Shown here: positions 1 to 8,809 of the stretch, piece by piece
Position numbering within the stretch: position 1 is the stretch's first letter
Layout: every line of letters starts with the position of its first letter
DNA from: an uncultured Bacteroidota bacterium
GTDB lineage: Bacteria > Bacteroidota > Bacteroidia > AKYH767-A > OLB10
Length of the DNA stretch: 64,000 nucleotides
Assembly (NCBI GenBank): GCA_903881665.1
Contig: CAIRUC010000025.1
Span: 1,080-65,079 of the forward strand
Direction: 5' to 3'
Made by a program: the position numbers and the translations under genes
Notes under the pieces: model-generated
What the model saw: only the letters and a program-made list of their open reading frames with translations
What the model was told of the DNA's origin: nothing
Databases searched by the model: none

Positions 1-592
1 TTTCAATACGCCAACCTTGATCATCGGTTAAATGCCAATGAAATGTATTCATTTTATACAAGGCCAATAAATCGATATACCTTTTTACAAATTCTTTCGA
101 AAAGAAATGACGACAAACATCGAGGTGAACACCACGATATTTAAATACTGGAGCATCACTAATTGAAATACAAGAAATTCGATTTTTATTTTCTTTCGAG
201 AATTCTACCAATTGGATTAAAGAAGCCATTCCATGCATAACTCCTACACGACCTCCTTCAATATAAATATCCTTTTTCTTTACCGTTAATCGATAATTCT
301 CGGTTGAATCTTCTTTGTCTAAAGTAAGATAAATAGCTTTTTGTTTTTGGCTATTATTATCTACTAGCGGCAAAGCATATCCGCTAGTCATTTGCATCCA
401 CGCATTAAAAATATTGGCGGAAGATTTATTGCCAATAATCACAACATCGCGACCAAACTCAAAATGTCCATGATGATTCTCTGCAGCAGAAGGAAAAGGA
501 ATAAGATCCGATTCCTTCTGCGCATACGAATTATTAAAACCAAAGCAAATTAATACAGGTATGAGCTGTAAGAATAAACGAATATTTTTCAT
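1..592 (-). CDS. beta-N-acetylhexosaminidase, GH20 family (N-terminal ~197 aa; gene continues beyond the window edge)
   Basis: Absent from the ORF track because it has no stop in the window. Hand translation of the reverse strand from ATG at 592-590 gives a signal peptide (MKNIRLFLQLIPVLICFGFNNSYAQ). It continues ...SDAPVFKYRGVHLDVCRHFF...YKMNTFHWHLTDDQGWRIE, the hallmark entry to the GH20 catalytic domain. Confidence 0.8.
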   Translation of the reverse strand, partial: MKNIRLFLQLIPVLICFGFNNSYAQKESDLIPFPSAAENHHGHFEFGRDVVIIGNKSSANIFNAWMQMTSGYALPLVDNNSQKQKAIYLTLDKEDSTENYRLTVKKKDIYIEGGRVGVMHGMASLIQLVEFSKENKNRISCISISDAPVFKYRGVHLDVCRHFFSKEFVKRYIDLLALYKMNTFHWHLTDDQGWRIE

Positions 593-616
593 GAACAGAA
601 AATAAACAAGCAATTA

Positions 617-2059
617 TTAATGACCGACAACAGATTTATCGTAATTGATTCCTTGTAGAGCAAGAATTTGTTTTGCCTTCCATCCATAAAATGCTAGGTA
701 ACCGAAACACATTACACCAACAACATAACTCATTCTAATTCCGAGTAAACTATCACTTGCAAGAACTCCTTGAAGTAAACTAATGAAACCACCGCCCATA
801 ATCATCATAATTAAGAAACCAGAACCTTGATTGGTGTGTTTTCCTAAACCTGCAATTGCTAAAGTAAAGATGCAAGGCCATAAAGTAGAACAGAATAAAC
901 CAACACTAATAAATGCATAAACGCTTGTAAGTCCTGTTGTCATCATACCGATAATCAAAGCTGCAATTCCGCAGAAAGAGAATATCAGCAATTGGCGCGC
1001 TGGATTACCTTTACTTAAGTAGTCGGCAACAATAACAGCAACGATAACCAATGAATAAATATAGAAAGGAGTAAGATCTTGATTAGCCATTTTATTAGCA
1101 AAGAGGAATATTCCGAAAGCAGTATAAGGAAGTATTACTCCAAGAATATTTTTCATCGTTGCGCTTACATCGAAAGCACCCACTGCTCCTCTCCAACGAC
1201 CGATCATCAAACTTGCCCAAAACAAAGAAACGTAAGGAGCAATATCCTTAGTAGCTGTACCAAGATGCACGCGCATAAACTCAGGTAAATTCGAAGCAGT
1301 AGAAACTTCCACTCCAACATAAAGGAATATAGCAATCATTCCCATCCACAATTGCGGATATGCTAAAGCTGATTTGCTTTTAGTAACATCAGCATTGGTA
1401 TCATCAACTACATCTTCGTATTCGATTTTATTCGGCAATGAAGAAAATTTGAACATAACGGCAACAATTAAAAACGCAGCACCCAAAATTAAGTATGGTA
1501 CTTTAACAGCCGAAAGTGAATCGAGTTTTGCTCCAGCAGCTAGAGAACCGAAAATTGCGAAGCTCACGATAATTGGTCCGATAGTAGTTCCTACGTTATT
1601 AATTCCACCCGCAAGACTCAATCGTTGGGCCCCTTTTTTAGGATCCCCAATCGTAATTGCAAGAGGATTCGCCGCCGTTTGCTGTAACGAGAAACCCAAA
1701 CCAACAATAAACAAACCTGTAATCATTAAACCAAACGAAGAAGATTCGGCAGCTGGATAGAACAACAAACTTCCTAAAGCAGAAATCACCAACCCTAATG
1801 CAATACCATTTTTATACCCTATTCGGTTCAGCAAATCGCCACCGCTGGCTTTTGAAATGAAGAAATAAATAAGAGAACCTACAGTGTAGGCCACGTAAAA
1901 GGCAAAAGAGATCATTTGCCCCTGCCACTGTTCGAGATGAAGTTTCTCCTTAAACACAGGTATGAGAATATCATTGCTGGCTGCTACGAAGCCCCAGAAG
2001 AAGAATACAGAAATAAGAACCGGCAGAGCCGCAGTTGAACGTTGATTAATGTTTGACAT
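617..2059 (-). CDS. MFS sugar transporter, FucP/glucose-galactose (GluP/NagP-like) family
   Basis: The product is a polytopic membrane protein. MSNINQRSTAALPVLISVFFFWGFVAASNDILIPVFKEKLHL... resembles the N-terminus of FucP-family sugar permeases. I start it at ATG 2059 rather than the track start 2107, because the extra 16 codons look non-native. It is adjacent to a GH20 hexosaminidase. Confidence 0.75.
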   Translation of the reverse strand: MSNINQRSTAALPVLISVFFFWGFVAASNDILIPVFKEKLHLEQWQGQMISFAFYVAYTVGSLIYFFISKASGGDLLNRIGYKNGIALGLVISALGSLLFYPAAESSSFGLMITGLFIVGLGFSLQQTAANPLAITIGDPKKGAQRLSLAGGINNVGTTIGPIIVSFAIFGSLAAGAKLDSLSAVKVPYLILGAAFLIVAVMFKFSSLPNKIEYEDVVDDTNADVTKSKSALAYPQLWMGMIAIFLYVGVEVSTASNLPEFMRVHLGTATKDIAPYVSLFWASLMIGRWRGAVGAFDVSATMKNILGVILPYTAFGIFLFANKMANQDLTPFYIYSLVIVAVIVADYLSKGNPARQLLIFSFCGIAALIIGMMTTGLTSVYAFISVGLFCSTLWPCIFTLAIAGLGKHTNQGSGFLIMMIMGGGFISLLQGVLASDSLLGIRMSYVVGVMCFGYLAFYGWKAKQILALQGINYDKSVVGH

Positions 2060-2593
2060 AGTTGTAGTTGAGGTGATGAAAATAGTTAAATCAATGACAT
2101 ACCCCAAGTTTTAGCAGAAGATAAACGAAGATGCGAATTACTTAATGATTGAATTTGCACCAAAAGCAGGAAAAAACAGACCCCCCGTAAGTTGACAACA
2201 TCAACTACATCAAGCAAACACATTTTACTGAGGCGCTATGAAATGAATGACCTTCATCACCTTTTTAACGATAATTTTAGATGAACACATCTATTAATGT
2301 AAAGTTTAAGTGAGTATAATCAGTATAACAAAAATGATTGAAAACGAGTATATATCTTTAACTATTGAACGCAACAAAAAGTGCTTACATAACATGGTAA
2401 TCACATAATCAAGATACTTTTTTTAACGGGATATACTCCTCTGAGTTTAATTTTTTAATAGAACCCTTTCGTTAATCGGAAGGGTTTGTTTAATTACAAC
2501 AAATTGGAATTCGAGTCAGCTATAAATCTAAAAGGGCAAACTATTGTACTATATAATTCAATAGAATGACCTTTATGGATAATAAATTTTGAG

Positions 2594-2626
2594 TAAAAAA
2601 AAGAAGTCACCAAACGATGACTTCTT
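2594..2626 (-). terminator. rho-independent terminator downstream of tRNA-Val
   Basis: The stem is AGAAGTCA (2602-2609) paired with TGACTTCT (2617-2624). On the minus strand it is followed by a run of eight T (plus-strand A run 2595-2602). Confidence 0.6.
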
Positions 2627-2631
2627 CTCTG

Positions 2632-2706
2632 TGGGAGCACACGGGTTCGAACCGCGGACCCTCTGCTTGTAAGGCAGATGCTCTGAACCAGCTGAGCTAT
2701 GCTCCC
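2632..2706 (-). tRNA. tRNA-Val (anticodon TAC)
   Basis: The reverse complement reads GGGAGCATAGCTCAGCTGGTTCAGAGCATCTGCCTTACAAGCAGAGGGTCCGCGGTTCGAACCCGTGTGCTCCCA. It has a 7-bp acceptor stem (GGGAGCA/TGCTCCC), a D arm (GCTC...GAGC), an anticodon loop (CTTACAA) and a T arm with TTCGAAC. It is 75 nt and CCA is not encoded. Confidence 0.92.
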
Positions 2707-2733
2707 AATATTGAATATTCCCTAACGGGGCTG

Positions 2734-2765
2734 CAAATATAGGTAGTGAAAATTAATCTCCCAAA
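2734..2765 (-). promoter_or_regulatory. Bacteroidota sigma-A type promoter for tRNA-Val (TTTG-N20-TATATTTG)
   Basis: The minus strand reads TTTG GGAGATTAATTTTCACTACC TATATTTG. This matches the published Bacteroides -33 TTTG / -7 TAnnTTTG consensus with 20-nt spacing. The box ends about 27 nt upstream of the mature tRNA 5' end. Confidence 0.45.
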
Positions 2766-3051
2766 AAAAGTATTAAAAATCTTTGCTTTCTATGAATGTT
2801 CTTGGCTATGACAAGACATATCTTTGATTAATAGTTATTTACGGTTTCTCTAATCAAATGATTTTCTAACAATACGATCAATTAATCAAGCCATTGAAGG
2901 CAATAGTTGTGGAATGAGCAGTTTTTTATGTTTCATTATGCTGTTCTTTTAAATATTGGATGCGAGAAATGTGCATTAAGGGTGACCTCTCTGAAACTAT
3001 GAAAGCATACTTTCAGACCAGTAAAAAAAAACTATTTCTAAATAGCTTAAA

Positions 3052-3092
3052 CGTTAAAAAAAAAAGGGCAGCTCAATGAGCTGCCCTTTTTG
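3052..3092 (-). terminator. rho-independent terminator downstream of the 3107-4099 CDS
   Basis: GGGCAGCTC (3066-3074) pairs perfectly with GAGCTGCCC (3078-3086) over 9 bp. It is flanked by an A run on the plus strand (a T run on the minus strand) and by TTTTT on the other side, so it could act in both directions. Confidence 0.7.
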
Positions 3093-3106
3093 TTATGCAT
3101 CATAAA

Positions 3107-4099
3107 TTAATTTACAATAAACGAACTATGTAAAACTTGATTACCGGCTGCAACTTTTAATTGATAGTTTCCAGAGGCTAAACCTTTTACATCGATTGCT
3201 AACTTTTGTTCACCCGCTAACATCATTCCTTTAGTGATTGTACGAACAACAGCTCCTTTCACATCAAAAATTTGAGCAGAAACTTGAGCAGAAGATTTTT
3301 GATTATAACTAAACTCGATGCGATCAGAAGCAGGATTAGGATAAACTTTTACTTCTTCCTTGTTTACGATTTGTTGAACCCCGGCAGTCAAATTTCCGGT
3401 GATTAAAATATCATCTAATGCTATCAAATTATCATCAAAAGAATCGTGCAACCAAGCAATGTAAATTGTTTGTCCTGCATATTGCGCTAATGACGCAGAA
3501 AAAGGACGTAATACTCCCAACAAGTTGGCTGAATCGGAAGTTGGAGAAAGTTCTACATATAACAAATCAGAACCATGCACAAATCCGTTGGAGAATGTAT
3601 ACGCACTGTAGTTAGGGCCGTTTGAAGATGCTCCCGATAAAAATTCTGCAGCTACAAAAATAGTATCCGTAAAACTGCTTTCAATATTATCGGTTGTAGA
3701 TACCACTACTTTGTATCCATCAACATAGCGAGGCGTTTGACGAGGCGCCGACTTCCAATTTAATACAGCAGTAGCATCTGTAATTTGAATTGGAGGCGTG
3801 ATTAAATAGTTGGCAGCATTTGCCGGAGAGTTAAACCATGAGGAACTGAATAAACATCCCGTTGTATCAACAGTTGCAAATCCATTAGGATTCCAAAACC
3901 AATTCAATGGTCTACTATTAGCATCTGGTAAGCCATCAACATCATAATCAACCCATGTTAAATCATTACCGCTATTATATTGAAGATAATTCGCAGTATT
4001 ATCAATATCGAAATTTTCAAATAATAAGGTATCTGTTTGCGCGTTGGCATTTATTCCCGCAAATACCGAAAGGAAAACGAACGTAGAGATTTTTTTCAT
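3107..4099 (-). CDS. secreted protein with T9SS type A C-terminal sorting domain (choice-of-anchor-J-like N-terminal region)
   Basis: It has a signal peptide (MKKISTFVFLSVFAGINANAQ). The C-terminus VKVYPNPASDRIEFSY...GNYQLKV matches the Por/T9SS CTD pattern. The assignment of the N-terminal domain is tentative. Confidence 0.7.
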   Translation of the reverse strand: MKKISTFVFLSVFAGINANAQTDTLLFENFDIDNTANYLQYNSGNDLTWVDYDVDGLPDANSRPLNWFWNPNGFATVDTTGCLFSSSWFNSPANAANYLITPPIQITDATAVLNWKSAPRQTPRYVDGYKVVVSTTDNIESSFTDTIFVAAEFLSGASSNGPNYSAYTFSNGFVHGSDLLYVELSPTSDSANLLGVLRPFSASLAQYAGQTIYIAWLHDSFDDNLIALDDILITGNLTAGVQQIVNKEEVKVYPNPASDRIEFSYNQKSSAQVSAQIFDVKGAVVRTITKGMMLAGEQKLAIDVKGLASGNYQLKVAAGNQVLHSSFIVN

Positions 4100-4206
4100 A
4101 AGTATTAGTTTTAGTTATAATTAGGGCTAAGATAATCATATTTCGATATGCCTATTACTCCTGTTTGCATTTTGAGCAATTGCATACTTACCGAATAGCA
4201 CAAATT

Positions 4207-6651
4207 TTATCTGACGATATTCAGTTTTTTTATTACTGTTCCTGATTCAGTTAAAATTTTTACTAAATAAATTCCGGGGGCTAACCCACTCTTTTCTATA
4301 CTACAGGTTATCAACTCAGGCCTTAATTTAATTGCTACAGCACCTGAGATTGCAATCACTTCCACTTGCTTAATTTTATTATTGGCCATTATTGTATAAT
4401 TGAAAGCATCTTCTTTAATCGACACTCCTGTATTCGCTTCTGCTTCATCCACTCCCACATTAGTTACGGTAAACGTTTGACAAAGCGTGTCAACTCCGCA
4501 GTCATTTTGCACATACAAACAAACATGATAGGTACCGGTATTCGCATAAACATGTTGTATCGATATTGATTGAGATGCAGTACTACCATCGCCAAAATCC
4601 CAGCTATTGCTTAATGATGCGGTTGAATTATCGGTAAAATCTACAGCTAAGTAATTCGCCGTATATCCGAAAATAGCTAACGGCAATGCATTAACTAAAA
4701 TATTAAACGTATCTCTGCTCACACATCCCGCCAAATTCATTTCTGCAACGTATTGCGATGAGCTTATACCTGTCAATACCGGATTTTGAACAGTATCATT
4801 ACTTAATCCTAACGAAGGCAACCAATGATAATGCGCGCCTATATATGTCGTCGCTGAAAGCGGAATACTAGTTCCAATACAAATAGTAGTATCTAGTCCG
4901 GCATTAAATAGTAATTGCTTTACGTAAAGATTAATTGTATCTGAGGCCACACATCCTCCTGCATAAGCAGTAACGATATAGGTATTATTCACTTTCGGTG
5001 TTGCATTGAGAGTTGCTGCCGGAAATGAAAAAGTCATTGTATCATGATTGGCATACCAATAATATTTGGCTGTTGAACTTAAGTTCGTCGGAGTTACAAT
5101 ACCTTGCAATGCAATATAACCACCACAAACAACTGTATCCGTTCCTGTATTATTCTGAATGTTTACTGCTAATCCATTCGAAGGTAAATCTCCAAATCGA
5201 ATAATATAATACTCGCCCGACGATAATGCGCTGAAGGTATTCGGTTCGAAAGTTACTTGTCCATTGCTTGCCTGCCCAGCTGCATAACCTCTTCCATTAT
5301 GTCCTATTGCTATCGAAGTTGAATATAAATTCGCCGAGCCAGTAGTTTGTCCACTTTTTAGCCACAACAATGTCCCCGTTGTATCATACATCGCAAAGTA
5401 CACATCATTACTACAACATACGGCCAGTTGGTCGAACCATAATTGATTCGTATATGTTTGGCCGGAGATGAATAAATGATCGTCTTTGAAAGCTAACTTT
5501 CCCGGAAAAGGATAAAACGTATCAATCCTTCCTGTCTTTAACCAATTTCTATTTCCTGTAGCATCTAGTTTAATTAAAAAGCATGTTGTATATCCGTACA
5601 AAGGACGAATTGTATCGTGGTTAAACACTGCATATCCATCGAAGTATCCCATGGCATAAGTATTACCTGCATTATCCGCCGCAACATCGTACACACTTAC
5701 ATCAGGACCAGTTCCTGTATATGATTCAATCGGGTAAAGCCATTGCTCAACTCCCCCTGGACCATATCGCGCCACGAAACCTTGAAAACTACCTGGTGAT
5801 AATTTATAATGATACCCATGCGCACCGAATATAAAATCGACATTAGAAGCTTCGGTACTTCCCGATATCACAACTGACCCAAGACTATCTACTTCAATTC
5901 CTAAAGGCAGATCATCGTACTGAGCTGCTCCGCACTGACGTAACCAAATAGTTTGTCCTGATGGAGTTAATGCAGCAGTAAATATTTGCGGTTTGCCATT
6001 CACGCCTACAATTGCAGGATTATTGACAGTATCATTATTAATAATCATATAATTTCCGCCAAAATTTCCCGTAACATAAATATTGCCAGCATGATCACAA
6101 GCTACAGCATTTATGACGTCTTCATAAACGTAAGATGTCCACGATCGCGAACCGAAGCTCTTCAATAAAATATGATTTCCCATCGAATCCACTCCCGCAA
6201 TGAAGCACTCTAAATAATCCTCACCGATGATTGTATCATTTCCTGCAGTAAGCGTATCTTGAGAATGCGCACCAACCACATAAATATTTTTATTATCATC
6301 AACGGTCATGTCCCAGATACGGGTATTGTTAAACGTTCCACCCAAATCATTTAGCCCAATCACATTAAACATCCTGATCACGTTAAAATTAGTATCCATC
6401 ACCACCGCATACGCAGTAACAAGATCTCCTGGATTCGGGAATAAAGTATCGCCATCCATTGCAAAATATCCTTGAGTAGAAGTGAAATAAGTCCCAACAG
6501 CGATAATCTGATCACCGGAAACATAATCTAAATAATAAAATATCCCTTTACCATGTTTTAAGTTAGACGCACCGATACACGTTTGTGATTGTACATGAAA
6601 CGACGATAACAACAACGACAAAAGAAAGAAACAGAAAAATTTAAACTTCAT
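4207..6651 (-). CDS. secreted beta-propeller (SBBP-repeat-like) protein with PKD domain and T9SS CTD-like tail
   Basis: It has a signal peptide. Repeated ...NIYVVG / NIYVTGNFGG / NTYAMGYFDG strands are typical of SBBP propeller repeats. A PKD signature is present (NSWDFGDGSTASQSISIQHVYANTGTYHVCLYV). The C-terminal ~70 aa resemble a T9SS CTD but lack the YPNP motif. Confidence 0.65.
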   Translation of the reverse strand: MKFKFFCFFLLSLLLSSFHVQSQTCIGASNLKHGKGIFYYLDYVSGDQIIAVGTYFTSTQGYFAMDGDTLFPNPGDLVTAYAVVMDTNFNVIRMFNVIGLNDLGGTFNNTRIWDMTVDDNKNIYVVGAHSQDTLTAGNDTIIGEDYLECFIAGVDSMGNHILLKSFGSRSWTSYVYEDVINAVACDHAGNIYVTGNFGGNYMIINNDTVNNPAIVGVNGKPQIFTAALTPSGQTIWLRQCGAAQYDDLPLGIEVDSLGSVVISGSTEASNVDFIFGAHGYHYKLSPGSFQGFVARYGPGGVEQWLYPIESYTGTGPDVSVYDVAADNAGNTYAMGYFDGYAVFNHDTIRPLYGYTTCFLIKLDATGNRNWLKTGRIDTFYPFPGKLAFKDDHLFISGQTYTNQLWFDQLAVCCSNDVYFAMYDTTGTLLWLKSGQTTGSANLYSTSIAIGHNGRGYAAGQASNGQVTFEPNTFSALSSGEYYIIRFGDLPSNGLAVNIQNNTGTDTVVCGGYIALQGIVTPTNLSSTAKYYWYANHDTMTFSFPAATLNATPKVNNTYIVTAYAGGCVASDTINLYVKQLLFNAGLDTTICIGTSIPLSATTYIGAHYHWLPSLGLSNDTVQNPVLTGISSSQYVAEMNLAGCVSRDTFNILVNALPLAIFGYTANYLAVDFTDNSTASLSNSWDFGDGSTASQSISIQHVYANTGTYHVCLYVQNDCGVDTLCQTFTVTNVGVDEAEANTGVSIKEDAFNYTIMANNKIKQVEVIAISGAVAIKLRPELITCSIEKSGLAPGIYLVKILTESGTVIKKLNIVR

Positions 6652-6867
6652 GATTTTGGATTTGAGATAGCAAAACTACGGAATAGGAAGCCACCTCCAG
6701 TAGTGTGATGGTTGAAATAAGGACAAATGCATACTAAAATGGATAATATGTGCGTTCATCAATCATCAACATCAAACTGTTAGTAAACCACAGCATAATC
6801 GCCCCTAACGCTATCGACATAAATTTACTTTTACATACTGCGTTCATTCGCATCAAACTGTTCAACT

Positions 6868-7590
6868 ATGTCGTTATTACTTCAAATACAACAAGCCGGC
6901 GCTACGGTTGCCGACACCATTTCTAACGCTACTGCACCTTTAACGCAGGCGGCACCTGTTACTGAAAAAAGTATTTCTCTGTGGGAGATGGCTTCGAAAG
7001 GAGGACCCATTCTTATTCCGATCGGAATTCTAAGTGTTTTAGCACTCTATATCTTCTTCGAACGTTTATTCGTGGTGAGAAAAGCGAGTAAGCTCGACAT
7101 GAACTTCATGAATCAGATTAAAGATTATGTAAATTCAGGAAATATTGAAGCAGCTCGTATGCTTTGTCGTAATACGCAAAGTCCAGTAGCACGCATGATC
7201 GAAAAAGGAATTATGCGTTTAGGAAAACCTGTTCGCGAAATCGAAGCCGCTATTGAGAACACAGGCAAACTTGAAATATATAAGCTCGAAAAAAATTTAG
7301 GATTCTTAGGAACGATTGCAGGTATTGCACCCATGTTCGGATTTCTCGGAACCATTTTCGGTGTAATCAAAATCTTTTATGAAATTTCATTGCAAAACAG
7401 TTTAGAAATTGATACCATCTCGGGCGGTTTATACGTAAAAATGATTTCCAGCGGATCGGGATTATTAGTAGGGATGATTGCTTACGCAGGATATCATTAC
7501 TTAGTACAGCTGATCGATCGCGTAATTAATAAAATGGAGATTAGCTCTGTTGAATTCATCGACTTATTAGAAGAACCCGCTAAATCATGA
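6868..7590 (+). CDS. exbB: MotA/TolQ/ExbB proton-channel family protein
   Basis: It has three predicted TM segments and the conserved ...GFLGTIAGIAPMFGFLGTIFGVIKIF... core. Its stop overlaps the next start (ATGA at 7587-7590). Confidence 0.85.
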   Translation: MSLLLQIQQAGATVADTISNATAPLTQAAPVTEKSISLWEMASKGGPILIPIGILSVLALYIFFERLFVVRKASKLDMNFMNQIKDYVNSGNIEAARMLCRNTQSPVARMIEKGIMRLGKPVREIEAAIENTGKLEIYKLEKNLGFLGTIAGIAPMFGFLGTIFGVIKIFYEISLQNSLEIDTISGGLYVKMISSGSGLLVGMIAYAGYHYLVQLIDRVINKMEISSVEFIDLLEEPAKS

Positions 7591-7994
7591 ACCTCCGACG
7601 CCGACATAAAGCAGCATCGGAAGTCTATAGTCATTCGTTGAATGACATTATGTTCTTCTTGTTGTTGTTCTTCCTCATCGCTTCTACTATGGCCACGCCA
7701 TCGGTATTGAAGTTATTGTTGCCGAATTCAAAAACAGGAATTCAAAGCGTGAAGCACCCGGTGGTGATTAGTGTTTCTGCCGATATGCAATACGGAGTAA
7801 ACGATCAAGTGGTAGCTCGCGAAGCACTCGAAACGGCTGTAGTGGCAGCAGTGAAAGGGGTAAATGATCCGACAGCATTATTGAAAATTGATAAAGCAGT
7901 GCCGTGGCAAGAAGTAGTTTTTTTACTTGATATTGGTAATAAAAATAAAATTAAAATGGTAGCAGCTACAAACGTTACCAAGATTGATCAATGA
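7587..7994 (+). CDS. exbD: biopolymer transport protein ExbD/TolR
   Basis: It has a single N-terminal TM segment (NDIMFFLLLFFLIASTM) followed by a periplasmic domain. It is translationally coupled to both neighbours by ATGA overlaps at 7587 and 7991. Confidence 0.8.
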   Translation: MNLRRRHKAASEVYSHSLNDIMFFLLLFFLIASTMATPSVLKLLLPNSKTGIQSVKHPVVISVSADMQYGVNDQVVAREALETAVVAAVKGVNDPTALLKIDKAVPWQEVVFLLDIGNKNKIKMVAATNVTKIDQ

Positions 7995-8800
7995 CAGCTA
8001 ATCAATCACGTTCGTTATTACTTGCTATCGGCATTCATGTGCTGATTGCTATTCTATTGATGTTTCTTTACATGAGCACACCGAACCCTCCTTTCGCAGA
8101 AGGGTTAGCAGGGGGTGGGGGTGGGGGAAGCTTTGTTGAATTTGGCACACTCGATATTTCGGAAGCAAATACTCCTCCTCCTATTGTGGAAGAAAAGGAT
8201 AATGAAATCATGACTTCTGACATTGAAGAAACTGTAACCATAAATCAACCTGAAAAAGCAAATAAAAAGGTTGAGAAAAAACCAGAAGTAAAAGTGACGC
8301 CGAAAGAAACGGTTGAGCTTGCAAAAGTTCCGGAACGCAAACCCGATGAACGTGCATTGTACACTCCAAGTAAAAAAGGACAAAGAGGCAATCCGAATGG
8401 GACAGGCGATGGGAATGGTACCGGTGGACAAGGAACCGGTAATGGTGGTGGAAACGGAAGCGGCACAGGACCGGGATCAGGTGGAGGAAGCGGCAGCGGT
8501 CATAGTGGCGGCAATGGCGACGGGAACGGTGTCGGATTTGATTTAACAGGAAGAAATTGGATATCAAAGCCTCGCGTTGACGACAACTCTCAGCAAGAAG
8601 GTAAAGTAGTAATCGATATCATCGTAGATAAAAACGGAACAGTAGTATCGGTTAGCGGCCCAGGAAGAGGTTCAACAAATACGAATGGCACATTAGTGCT
8701 TAAGGCAAAAGAAGCCGCCATGCGTGCTAGATTTTCGCCTAGCCCCAATGGTATTGAAGAACAACATGGTTCTATTACATTTAATTTTATCTTAAGATAA
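7991..8800 (+). CDS. tonB: TonB-family energy transducer with a Gly/Asn/Ser-rich linker
   Basis: It has an N-terminal TM anchor (LLLAIGIHVLIAILLMFLYM) and a Lys/Glu/Pro spacer. A ~50-aa linker rich in G, N, S and T occupies nt 8387-8536. The C-terminal TonB-like domain reads GKVVIDIIVDKNGTVVSV...ARFSPSPNGIEEQHGSITFNFILR. Confidence 0.75.
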   Translation: MTANQSRSLLLAIGIHVLIAILLMFLYMSTPNPPFAEGLAGGGGGGSFVEFGTLDISEANTPPPIVEEKDNEIMTSDIEETVTINQPEKANKKVEKKPEVKVTPKETVELAKVPERKPDERALYTPSKKGQRGNPNGTGDGNGTGGQGTGNGGGNGSGTGPGSGGGSGSGHSGGNGDGNGVGFDLTGRNWISKPRVDDNSQQEGKVVIDIIVDKNGTVVSVSGPGRGSTNTNGTLVLKAKEAAMRARFSPSPNGIEEQHGSITFNFILR

Positions 8801-8809
8801 TAAATTAAA

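Noticed and set aside
2108-3106. Integrated mobile element next to tRNA-Val
   Set aside because: There is no integrase, transposase or phage gene within the window near the tRNA, and no visible duplication of the tRNA 3' end.
8105-8567. Three overlapping minus-strand ORFs and one plus-strand ORF inside tonB
   Set aside because: They arise from the GGN/GGT low-complexity repeat that encodes the TonB Gly-rich linker. The TonB frame has a TM anchor and a conserved C-terminal domain; the others do not.
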